From an uncultured Anaerolineaceae bacterium (GTDB taxonomy: Bacteria > Chloroflexota > Anaerolineae > Aggregatilineales > Phototrophicaceae): a stretch of DNA of 64,000 nucleotides. The position numbers and the translations under genes are program-made. The notes below the pieces were generated by a model, which was given only the letters and a program-made list of their open reading frames with translations, did no database searches and had not been told where the DNA came from. Where the stretch lies: NCBI GenBank assembly GCA_964508745.1, contig CAZDVL010000001.1, forward strand, positions 2,603 through 66,602. The letters run 5' to 3'. Positions 33,744 through 45,614 of the stretch are shown piece after piece (position 1 is the first letter of the stretch; every line of letters starts with the position of its first letter).

Positions 33744-34935
33744 GCGCACCGCGCAGCTATTGGACCTCGAACAGCATTACCTGATGCAGACCTACCGCCG
33801 CCCGCCGTTCGTGCTGACGCGCGGCGAGGGCGTACACCTGTACGACACGGAGGGGCGCGCGTATCTCGACTTTGTCGCCGGCATCGCCGTTAACGCGCTG
33901 GGGTACGGCGACCCGGCCCTGACGCGCGCCGTCCAGCAGGCCGCCGGCCAGCTTATCCATGTGAGCAACCTGTACAACACAGCGCCGCAGGCTGAGCTGG
34001 CCGCCATGCTGGTGGAAAAGTCGTTTGCGGACCGGGTGTTTTTCTGCAACAGCGGCGCGGAGGCCAACGAAGGGGCGATTAAGTTCGCGCGCAAGCTGGC
34101 CTACGACGCCGGCGAGCCGGACAAGACCGAGATCGTGTGCTTCAGCGGCGCGTTTCACGGGCGGACAATCGCGACGGTTTCCCTGACGCCGAAGGAAAAG
34201 TACCAGAAGCCGTTCGCGCCGCTGCTGCCGGGCGTGGTCGTCGCGCCGTTCAACGACGCTGAGGCGGCGGCGCGGGCTATCAGCGACCGCACAGCGGCGG
34301 TCATTGTCGAGCCGGTGCAGGGCGAGGGCGGCATCAACCCGGCGACGCCCGCTTTCCTGGGGGCGCTGCGCGCGCTGTGCGACCGGCACAGCGCCGCCCT
34401 GATCTTTGACGAGATTCAGTGCGGCATGGGGCGCACCGGCACGCTGTGGGCGCACGAGGCCAGCGGCGTCGCGCCAGACATTATGACGATCGCCAAGCCG
34501 CTGGCGGGCGGGCTGCCGGTGGGCGCGATTCTGGTCACGCAGGCGGTGGCCGACCATCTGCACCCCGGCGACCACGGCTCGACTTTCGGCGGCGGCCCGC
34601 TGGTGACGAGCGCGGCGCAGGTGGTGCTGGCGCGGGTCAGCCAGCCCGAATTTCTGGCGCACGTGGCCGAAACCGGCAGCTATCTGCAGGAGCGCCTGGC
34701 GGAGATCAACAGCCCGCTGATTGTGGACGTGCGCGGGCGCGGCCTGATGGTGGGCCTGGAGCTTGCCGTTGATGTCGCGCCGCTGGTGGCCGAGGGCTAC
34801 CAGCGCGGCCTGCTGCTGGTCAACGCCGGCGAGAAGGTGCTGCGCTTTATCCCGCCGCTGGTCATCGAGAAGCAGCACGTGGACACCCTCGTCGGCCACC
34901 TGACGGCGATGTTAGAGGGCCTCGCTCATGGTTAA
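33730..34935 (+). CDS. argD: Acetylornithine aminotransferase (class III PLP)
   Basis: Motifs are FCNSGAEANEGAIKFAR, IFDEIQCGMGRTG and DIMTIAKPLAGG (PLP lysine). It overlaps argB by 14 nt. Confidence 0.9.
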   Translation: MSTTERTAQLLDLEQHYLMQTYRRPPFVLTRGEGVHLYDTEGRAYLDFVAGIAVNALGYGDPALTRAVQQAAGQLIHVSNLYNTAPQAELAAMLVEKSFADRVFFCNSGAEANEGAIKFARKLAYDAGEPDKTEIVCFSGAFHGRTIATVSLTPKEKYQKPFAPLLPGVVVAPFNDAEAAARAISDRTAAVIVEPVQGEGGINPATPAFLGALRALCDRHSAALIFDEIQCGMGRTGTLWAHEASGVAPDIMTIAKPLAGGLPVGAILVTQAVADHLHPGDHGSTFGGGPLVTSAAQVVLARVSQPEFLAHVAETGSYLQERLAEINSPLIVDVRGRGLMVGLELAVDVAPLVAEGYQRGLLLVNAGEKVLRFIPPLVIEKQHVDTLVGHLTAMLEGLAHG

Positions 34936-36136
34936 CGTCGCGCCCTCGATTGAGTCCGTCAGCGGTTTTAAAGCGTCCGGCGTGCACTGCGGCCTGAAGA
35001 AGGACGGCCGGCCCGACCTGGCGCTGATCGTCAGCGACGCGCCGTGCGCGGGCGCTGGCGTGTTCACGACCAACCGGCTGAAATCCGCACCGGTGCTGCT
35101 GAGCGCCGAGCGGCTGCGCGAGAGCGCCGCCGCGGTGCGCGCGGTGATTATCAACACCGGCAGCGCCAACGCCTGCACCGGTGACCAGGGCCTGGACAAC
35201 GCGCGGGCGACGGCGCGTTACACCGCGCAGCGGCTCGGCTGTGCTGAGGATCAGGTGCTGGTGCTTTCCACCGGCGTGATCGGCACGCAGCTTCCGATGG
35301 ATAAAATTCGCGCCGGGGCGGATGCCGCCGCCGCCGCGCCTGGCGATTGGGCGGAAGCGGCGCGGGCCATTATGACGACCGACACGCGCCCGAAACTGGC
35401 GTCGGTCACGGTGCGCGACGCGGGGGGCAGCTATCAGATCGCGGGCATCACCAAAGGCGCGGGGATGATCGCGCCGAACATGGCGACGATGCTCGGTGTG
35501 ATCGTCACCGATGCGGCGCTCACGCCGGCGCAGGCGCAGGCGGCGCTGGCTGCCGCCGCCGACGCCAGCTACAACCGGATTGTTGTGGACGGCGACATGA
35601 GTCCGAACGACACGGTGCTGCTGCTGGCGAACGGGGCCAGCGGCGTGACGCCGGCGCTGGACACGTTCGGGCAGGCGCTGACGGCGCTGTGCACCTACCT
35701 GGCGCAGGCCATTGTGCGCGACGGCGAGGGCGTGACCAAGTTCATCGCGCTGGCGGTGAACGGCGCGGCGGACGACGACTCCGCGCGGCAGATCGCCACC
35801 ACAATCGCGACTTCGGCGCTGGTCAAGACGGCGTTCTACGGCGGCGACGCCAACTGGGGGCGCATCGTTGCGGCGGCGGGGCGGGCGGGCGTTCCCTTTG
35901 ACCCGGCGCGCGCCAGCCTGACGATGGCGTCTGGCGCGGGGGACAGCAGAGAGTCGGTGCTGTTGTTCCGCGCGGGCGTGCCGCTGGCGTACAGCGAGGC
36001 GCTGGCGACGGCGATCATCAGCGCTGCCGAGGTGGATGTCACGCTGGACTGCGGCCTGGGCAGCGGCGCGGCGCTCATCTGGACCTGTGACCTGAGCCAC
36101 GAGTACGTGACCATCAACGGCAAGTATCGCACGTAG
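34928..36136 (+). CDS. argJ: Bifunctional ornithine acetyltransferase / N-acetylglutamate synthase
   Basis: Motifs are [21 protein letters not shown] and the self-cleavage region [18 protein letters not shown]. It overlaps argD by 8 nt. Confidence 0.9.
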   Translation: MVNVAPSIESVSGFKASGVHCGLKKDGRPDLALIVSDAPCAGAGVFTTNRLKSAPVLLSAERLRESAAAVRAVIINTGSANACTGDQGLDNARATARYTAQRLGCAEDQVLVLSTGVIGTQLPMDKIRAGADAAAAAPGDWAEAARAIMTTDTRPKLASVTVRDAGGSYQIAGITKGAGMIAPNMATMLGVIVTDAALTPAQAQAALAAAADASYNRIVVDGDMSPNDTVLLLANGASGVTPALDTFGQALTALCTYLAQAIVRDGEGVTKFIALAVNGAADDDSARQIATTIATSALVKTAFYGGDANWGRIVAAAGRAGVPFDPARASLTMASGAGDSRESVLLFRAGVPLAYSEALATAIISAAEVDVTLDCGLGSGAALIWTCDLSHEYVTINGKYRT

Positions 36137-36144
36137 CGAGGGGG

Positions 36145-37266
36145 ATGATGCGCGGCGCAATCGCATTGGAAGATGGGCGCGTTTTCACGGGGACCGGCTT
36201 CGGCGTCCAGGGCATCCGGGCGGGTGAGGCGGTGTTCAACACCTCCATGACCGGCTATCAGGAAATCCTGACCGACCCATCGTACTTCGGCCAGATCGTG
36301 ACGATGACCGTCCCGCACGTGGGCAACACTGGTGTCAACCTGGAGGATGTTGAATCGGACCGCGCGTGGGTGTCCGGCTTTGTGGTGCGGGCGCTCAGCC
36401 CGGTGGTGAGCAGTTGGCGCGAGCGCGGCACGCTGGACGATTACCTCAAGGCGCAGGGCGTGATCGGCCTGACGGATGTGGCGACGCGCGCGCTGGTGCG
36501 GCACATCCGCACGCGGGGCGCGATGCGCGCCGTGATCGCGCACGGCGCGGCCGCGGAGGACACGGCGGCGCTGGTAGAGCTGGCGCGGCGGTCGCCGGAC
36601 GCGGCCGGGGCCAACCTGGTGGACGACGTGACGTGCGACGAGCCGTATAACTGGACCGAGCGCAGCGACCCGCAGTGGTATCGCAGCCATCACTACGACC
36701 CGGCCGGGCCGCTGGTCGTGGCTTACGACTTTGGCATCAAGCGCAACATCCTGCGGCTGCTGACCGACCGGGGGCTGCGCGTGGTCGTCGTTCCGGCGCA
36801 CACGCCCGCCGCTGAGGTGCTGGCGATGAATCCTGATGGCGTGTTTCTCAGCAACGGGCCGGGCGACCCGGCGGCGGTCACTTACGCGATCGAAAACGTG
36901 CGCGCGCTGCTGGGCCGCACGCCGCTGTTTGGCGTCTGCCTGGGGCATCAGATTATCGGGCTGGCGCTGGGCGGGAAAACCGAGAAGATGCGCTTCGGCC
37001 ACCGCGGCGGCAACCAGCCGGTCAAGAACCTGCTCACCGGCGTGGTCGAGATCAGCAGCCACAATCACGGCTTCGCGGTGCTGCCCGACAGCGACCTGGG
37101 CGGCGCGCAGATCACGCATGTGAACCTGAACGACAACACGGTCGAAGGGCTGCGCCATGAGGGCTTAGGCGTCTTCAGCGTGCAGTACCACCCGGAGGCC
37201 GCGCCCGGCCCGCACGACTCGCTCTACCTGTTTGATGCGTTTGTCGGGCGCGTGCACAACACATGA
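36145..37266 (+). CDS. carA: Carbamoyl-phosphate synthase small (glutaminase) subunit
   Basis: Motifs are [21 protein letters not shown] and the GATase triad region LFGVCLGHQ...HNHGF. Confidence 0.95.
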   Translation: MMRGAIALEDGRVFTGTGFGVQGIRAGEAVFNTSMTGYQEILTDPSYFGQIVTMTVPHVGNTGVNLEDVESDRAWVSGFVVRALSPVVSSWRERGTLDDYLKAQGVIGLTDVATRALVRHIRTRGAMRAVIAHGAAAEDTAALVELARRSPDAAGANLVDDVTCDEPYNWTERSDPQWYRSHHYDPAGPLVVAYDFGIKRNILRLLTDRGLRVVVVPAHTPAAEVLAMNPDGVFLSNGPGDPAAVTYAIENVRALLGRTPLFGVCLGHQIIGLALGGKTEKMRFGHRGGNQPVKNLLTGVVEISSHNHGFAVLPDSDLGGAQITHVNLNDNTVEGLRHEGLGVFSVQYHPEAAPGPHDSLYLFDAFVGRVHNT

Positions 37267-37307
37267 CATTTGCGGATAGCGACTGAGGCAGGAACTGGTG
37301 AGGCTGT

Positions 37308-40510
<3,203 letters not shown>

Positions 40511-40511
<1 letters not shown>

Positions 40512-41470
40512 TGTTCTCGGCGCGTTTAACCGCGATTTTGCAGGCGCTGCTGGTCACGCTGATCTGGTCGGCGTCGTGGGTGCTGATCAAGATGGGGCTG
40601 GCGGACATTCCGCCGGTTACGTTCGCCGGGCTGCGCTATTTTGTCGCCTTTCTGTGCCTGGCGGCGCTGGCGGCGCGCTCAGCGCAGAGCCGCGCCGCCG
40701 TCAGGCGGCTGACGCGGCGGCAGTGGGGGCTGCTGCTGGCGCTGGGCTTCACGTTCTACACGCTGACGCAGGGCACGCAGTTTGTGGCGCTCACGTCGCT
40801 GCCGGCGGTCACGCTCAGCCTGCTGCTGAACTTCACGCCGGTCATCGTGCTGGGCCTGGGCGCTGCGCTGCTGCACGAGCGCCCCTCGCGGCGCCAGCTC
40901 ATGGGCATTGGCCTGTTCCTGTTGGGCGCGCTGATCTACTTCTGGCCGGTGTCGTTCCCGACGCGAGAAGTTTTCGGGCTGGTCGTCGGGCTGGTGGGCG
41001 TGTTCGCCAACGGCTTCAGCAGCGTGCTGGGGCGCTACGTCAACCGCGACGGGGCGATTGCGCCGCTGGTAGTGACGACGATCAGCATGGGCAGCGGGTC
41101 GGCGCTGCTGCTGGGGGGCGGCCTGCTGGTTGAGGGGCTGCCGGCGCTGAGCCTGCCGGCCTGGGCGCTGATTGTCTGGCTGGCGGTGGTGCACACCGCG
41201 CTGGCGTTCACGCTGTGGAACGCCACGCTGCGCACGTTAAGCGCGGTGGAGTCCAGCGTGATTAACAACACGATGCTGGTGCAGATCGCGCTGCTGGCGT
41301 GGCTGTTCCTGGGCGAAACGATCACGGCGCAGGGCGCGCTGGGCCTGCTGCTGGCGGCGGTTGGCATACTGGTCGTGCAGGTGGCGGGTCGGGTGGGGGT
41401 GAGCCGCGCTGTCCGGCCGGTTGAGACGGCGGGCACGGCGCGCGAAACGGACGCTCAGCCCCCGTCGTGA
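40511..41470 (+). CDS. DMT-superfamily (EamA-type) transporter
   Basis: It has ten predicted hydrophobic helices in two EamA-like halves. ATG 40511 overlaps the carB TGA (TGATG). Confidence 0.8.
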
Positions 41471-43194
41471 GCCAGGCGCAGCCGCCGCCGGCGCAGCAGC
41501 GCCGCCAGCAGCATCACGGCCCCCGCCAGCGCCAGCACAACCAGCAGGCGTTTCCGGCGCGGCGCGGGGCGCGCTGGCGCGGCGTCGCGCAGCAGCGCGT
41601 GCCAGTCCGGGATCAGGCTGTAAGGGGGCAGGCTGTAGTGCGCGCGCCACAGCGCGCGGTAGGCCGCCTCTTCCGCCTCCCAGCGCGCGTCGTCCCAGCC
41701 AAGCTCCGGCTGGCAGATCGCGCGCACGCGCGGCAGCAGGGCCGCGCCGCCCTCAGGCTGCACCAGCCCCAGGCGCACACGGCGCAGCAGCAGGTCGTCC
41801 AGGTGACAGACGCCCTCCGCGCGGGCCGCCCAGCGCAGCTCCGCCCACAGCGTTTGCGTGTCGGCTAGCGCCGCCAGCTCGCCGGGCTGTGCCGCTGCGA
41901 TCAGCGCTGGCGCGTCAGCGCCATAGCGCCCCAGCAGGCGGCGGCGCGCGGCCTGGCTCAGACGGCTGTCGGGCGGCGGCGCCGGCGCGTCTGCGAACGC
42001 GGGCGCGTCTTCGTCGGGAAGCGCGGCTTCGGGGACGCGCGCGTGCGCCTCGCGCAGCACCTGGAGCGCGGTGGCGCGGAAGGTGGTCAGCTTGCCGCCG
42101 GTCACGGTGAGCAGGCCGTTTTCCTGCCAGATCACGTGCTCGCGCGATTCGCGCGAGGGGTCGTCCTTGCCCGTGCCGATGACAGGCCGCACGCCGGCGA
42201 AGGTGGCGATAATATCGTCGAGCGCGACCGGGCGGGCCGGGAACTGGTGCGCGATGGCCGCCATGAGATAGGCCACCTCGCCGGGGCTGATGCGCGGCTC
42301 GGCGTTCAGCGGATCGTCGTGATCGAGGTCGGTTGTGCCCACCAGCGTGACATCTTCCCAGGGCAGCGCGAACACGGGCCGCCCGTCGAACGGGTGCGGG
42401 AAGGCGACAGCCTGCGCGACCGGCAGGCGCCACGCCGGCAGGATCAGATGGCTGCCGCGCAGCGGGCGGATGCGCGCCGGCGCGCCGACCTGCTGGCGCA
42501 GGTGGTCAGCCCAGGCGCCCGTCGCGTTGATCACCACGCGCGCCCGCACGTCGGCGCTGCGCGCGCCCTGACAGGCGTCAGCGATGCGCACGCCCTGGAC
42601 CTGCCCATCCTCGACGATGAGCGTGTCGGCGCGGGCGTAATTGAGCGCGCGCCCGCCGTCGGCGGCGGCCTCGCGCAGAAGCCGCAGCACCAGCCGCGCG
42701 TCGTCCGTCTGGGCGTCAATGTAGCGGAAGCCGCCCTCCAGCCCCTCGCGGCGGATATGCGGAGCCAGCAGTTGGAAATCTTCGGCGCGGTAGCGGCGGT
42801 GCGTCCACTGGCCGGCCATCAGGTCGTAGAGCGAGAGGCCGGCGTTATAGGTGAAGCTGCCGGGCTTGCTGCCGCGCGCCGTCACCATGAGGAAGCCGAG
42901 CGGCTCGACCAGGCCGGGCGCGCTGTCGAGAAGCTGCTCGCGCTCGCGCACTGAGGTCCAGGTCATGCGCACCTGCCCGGTCGCCAGGTAGCGCAGCCCG
43001 CCGTGAACCAGCTTTGACGACCGGCTGGATGTGCCCCAGGCGAAATCGCGCTGTTCGACCAGCAGGGCCGACCAGCCGGCCCGCGCAGCCTCGCGCAGGA
43101 TGCCCGCGCCGGTGATGCCGCCGCCGATGATAACAAGATCCCACTGCTGGCCCATTTGCGACCAGATCGCGTCGCGCCAGCCGCGCTCCCACAT
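41455..43194 (-). CDS. glpD: FAD-dependent glycerol-3-phosphate dehydrogenase/oxidase with a C-terminal TM tail
   Basis: Motifs are WDLVIIGGGITGAGILREAA (the FAD fold motif) and WGTSSRSSKLVHGGLRYL. The C-terminal extension is ...RRKRLLVVLALAGAVMLLAALLRRRR. Confidence 0.85.
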   Translation of the reverse strand: MWERGWRDAIWSQMGQQWDLVIIGGGITGAGILREAARAGWSALLVEQRDFAWGTSSRSSKLVHGGLRYLATGQVRMTWTSVREREQLLDSAPGLVEPLGFLMVTARGSKPGSFTYNAGLSLYDLMAGQWTHRRYRAEDFQLLAPHIRREGLEGGFRYIDAQTDDARLVLRLLREAAADGGRALNYARADTLIVEDGQVQGVRIADACQGARSADVRARVVINATGAWADHLRQQVGAPARIRPLRGSHLILPAWRLPVAQAVAFPHPFDGRPVFALPWEDVTLVGTTDLDHDDPLNAEPRISPGEVAYLMAAIAHQFPARPVALDDIIATFAGVRPVIGTGKDDPSRESREHVIWQENGLLTVTGGKLTTFRATALQVLREAHARVPEAALPDEDAPAFADAPAPPPDSRLSQAARRRLLGRYGADAPALIAAAQPGELAALADTQTLWAELRWAARAEGVCHLDDLLLRRVRLGLVQPEGGAALLPRVRAICQPELGWDDARWEAEEAAYRALWRAHYSLPPYSLIPDWHALLRDAAPARPAPRRKRLLVVLALAGAVMLLAALLRRRRLRLAHDGG

Positions 43195-43197
43195 GGT

Positions 43198-44799
43198 TTA
43201 CGACTCCCTGAACAGCTTGCCGGGGTTCATCGTCCCGGCCGGGTCGAACTGCGCCGCCAGCGCCCGCAGCGCGCCCATTCCCAGCGCGCCTTTTTCGGCC
43301 TCCAGGTAGGGCAGGTGGTCAGTGCCGACGCCGTGCTGATGGCTGATCGTGCCGCCGTGCCGCACGATCGCCGCGCTGGCCGCGCCCTTAAGGGCCGCCC
43401 ACAGCGCCAGCGACGCGCCGCTGTCGGCGGCCAGCGGAAATATCAGCGTGGTGTAGACGCTGGCGCCGTGCCGGTACACGTGCGAAACGTGCGTGAACAC
43501 GTGCACGCGCGCCGCGCACTCGTCGGCCGCCGCGCCGATGGCCTGCTCGATGCCGGCCAGCGCCGCCGGGACGCGCTCCCAGGCGACGGCGGTTTCGAGC
43601 GTGTCCACCGCGTAGCCGGCGTCCCACAGCGTGTTGCGCAGGTAGGGCGTGCGAAAGCGCGACTGCCGCCACTGCTGGCCGAGGTAACCGCCGGCGACCA
43701 CCACGCCTCCCTGCCGCCGTCCCAATGACTGTGCCGCGCGCAAAGCCCGCCGCACCTGTCCGCCGCTGCCGGTGGCCGCCAGCAGCAGCATACACCTTTC
43801 GGCGCTGACGCCGCGCATCGTGAGCAGGCGCTCCAGCGCCGCGACCGCGCGCGCGTGGCCGGCCAGCCGCAGGGTTGTTTCCGTTTCGCGGGCGGTGCTC
43901 AGGCGCAGCAGCGAGAGCGGCAGACGGCTCTGCACCATCTGGCGGACCGCCTCCAGGCCGCGCTCGAAATCCGGGAAGAACATGGCCCGGAAAACGTCGC
44001 TGCGGGGCAGGGGGGACACGCGCACCGTGGCCGCCGTCAGCACGCCCAGCCGCCCCTCTGAACCCAGCACAAGCTGGCGCAGGTCCGGGCCGGCGGCCGA
44101 GGCCGGGAAGGCCGGCAGCGCCAGCGTGCCTGCCGGGGTTTCGAGCGTTCCGCCGGCGAACAGGTCCTCGATGCGCCCGTAATGCAGCGACTGCTGGCCG
44201 CTGGAGCGGGCGGCGACCCAGCCGCCCAGCGTCGAGTACTCGAACGACTGGGGGAAGTGGCCCAGCGTATAGCCGCGCGCCCGCAGGTGCGCTTCCAGGT
44301 CGGGGCCGGTGATGCCCGCGCCGAACGTTGCGAGCAGGCTGGTTTCGTCCAGGTTGTGCAGGCGGTTCATCCTGCTCAGGTCGATGGTCAGCACAGGCTG
44401 GCCGCCGGACGGCGGGTTGATGTGGCCGACGACGCTGGTCCCCCCGCCGTAGGGGATCACGCGCGCGCCTGTCTCGCGGGCGAGGCGCAGCAGCGCGCGC
44501 ACATCGTCCGGCGACTGGGGATAGGCGACGCCGTCGGGGAAAGCGCCGGGGCGCCCGGCGCGCAGCGCGATCCAGTCCGGCAGGCTTTGGCCGCGCGCGT
44601 GGCGCACGCGGTCTTCCGGGTCGGCGGTCAGCAGCGGGTGATCGGGCAGCCGCGACGCCGGGACCGCCGCCGCCACCTGCCCCAGCGCGGCGTCGCGCGG
44701 CGGGCTGCCCGGCCCCAGGCGCTGCGCGAGGAAGGCCGCCGCGCTGGCGGGCAGCGGGTAGGTTATCGTGGTGTCGCCCCACCCGTTCCAGCGGCGCAT
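43198..44799 (-). CDS. FAD-linked oxidase of the alkyl-DHAP-synthase-like (AGPS/GlcD) family
   Basis: I chose the inner start MRRWNGWGDTTITYPLP (ATG 44799), which overlaps the fadR stop as TGATG. Motifs are VIPYGGGTSVVG (FAD-binding PCMH type), HFPQSFEYSTLGGWVAARSSG, SHVYRHGASVY and ISHQHGVG. Confidence 0.8.
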   Translation of the reverse strand: MRRWNGWGDTTITYPLPASAAAFLAQRLGPGSPPRDAALGQVAAAVPASRLPDHPLLTADPEDRVRHARGQSLPDWIALRAGRPGAFPDGVAYPQSPDDVRALLRLARETGARVIPYGGGTSVVGHINPPSGGQPVLTIDLSRMNRLHNLDETSLLATFGAGITGPDLEAHLRARGYTLGHFPQSFEYSTLGGWVAARSSGQQSLHYGRIEDLFAGGTLETPAGTLALPAFPASAAGPDLRQLVLGSEGRLGVLTAATVRVSPLPRSDVFRAMFFPDFERGLEAVRQMVQSRLPLSLLRLSTARETETTLRLAGHARAVAALERLLTMRGVSAERCMLLLAATGSGGQVRRALRAAQSLGRRQGGVVVAGGYLGQQWRQSRFRTPYLRNTLWDAGYAVDTLETAVAWERVPAALAGIEQAIGAAADECAARVHVFTHVSHVYRHGASVYTTLIFPLAADSGASLALWAALKGAASAAIVRHGGTISHQHGVGTDHLPYLEAEKGALGMGALRALAAQFDPAGTMNPGKLFRES

Positions 44800-45503
44800 C
44801 ACACCGCCTCCACAGGGCTGCCGGCCCGCTGCCACAGCCGCATACTTTCGCGCATGACGGCGCGCGTAGCTTCCTCGGCGGCGGCGCTGTCGCCCTGGCG
44901 GGCGGCGGCGGCCAGCGTTGTGTAATAGGCGCGCGACGAGGCCCGGCTTTCGGCGTGGCTGAAGTAAAGCACGGCGAGCTGGTGATAGAAGCTGGCGAAA
45001 CTGTTCAGAATCAGGGCGTAGATCGGGTTGCCGGCGGCGACGGCCAGCGTTTTTTGCAGCGTCCAGTCGAACGCGGCGAAGGCGGCAGGCGACTCGGCCA
45101 GGCGGTCGTGCCCGGCCAGCGCGTCCAGCGCCCGCGCTGGCGCGCGTTCGACCGCCAGCCGGGTGTACGTCGGCGCGAGGTCGAGGCGCACCTGCAGCAG
45201 GTTGGGCACAAAGTCCGGCGGCAGGTGCTGGCTGTAGCGCACGATGCCGCTGAGCACGTTCATGCCGCCCTCAGTCCAGAAGTCGGTGACGGCGGTGGAT
45301 TTGCCCTGGTGCACGACCAGCCAGCCGTCACGCTCCAGGCGGCGCAGGGCCTCGCGCAGCGTGGGCCGCGTGACCCCCAGCAGGGCCGCCAGCTCGCGCT
45401 CGGCGGGCAGGATGGAGCCGGGCGGGAAGCGGCCTTCGAGAATGGCAGTGACAATCGTCTGTTCGGCGTGGTCCACCGGGCGGTGGGCGACAGGTCGCTG
45501 CAT
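44799..45503 (-). CDS. fadR: Fatty-acid-responsive GntR-family regulator FadR
   Basis: I chose the inner start MQRPVAH (ATG 45503). The stretches [59 protein letters not shown] and [10 protein letters not shown] closely track E. coli FadR as I remember it ([59 protein letters not shown] and GNPIYGLILN). Confidence 0.8.
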   Translation of the reverse strand: [234 protein letters not shown]

Positions 45504-45542
45504 GCGGGCTGCTCCATGCGGCGGCGTTCTGCGCCCGCCGCT

Positions 45543-45559
45543 AAGTGGTCTGACCAGTT
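45543..45559 (-). promoter_or_regulatory. FadR-box-like operator AACTGGTCAGACCACTT (minus strand)
   Basis: The core is a perfect inverted repeat TGGTC-A-GACCA (45556-45546). It lies 40 nt upstream of the fadR ATG and about 30 nt downstream of a perfect TTGACA (45594-45589). It matches the E. coli FadR consensus ANCTGGTCNGACNTNTT, as I recall it, at all but one fixed position. Confidence 0.6.
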
Positions 45560-45614
45560 GCATTCAGCATTACACATTCCGCGAGCTGTGTCAAGCACCC
45601 CGCCGCGCCGGGCG

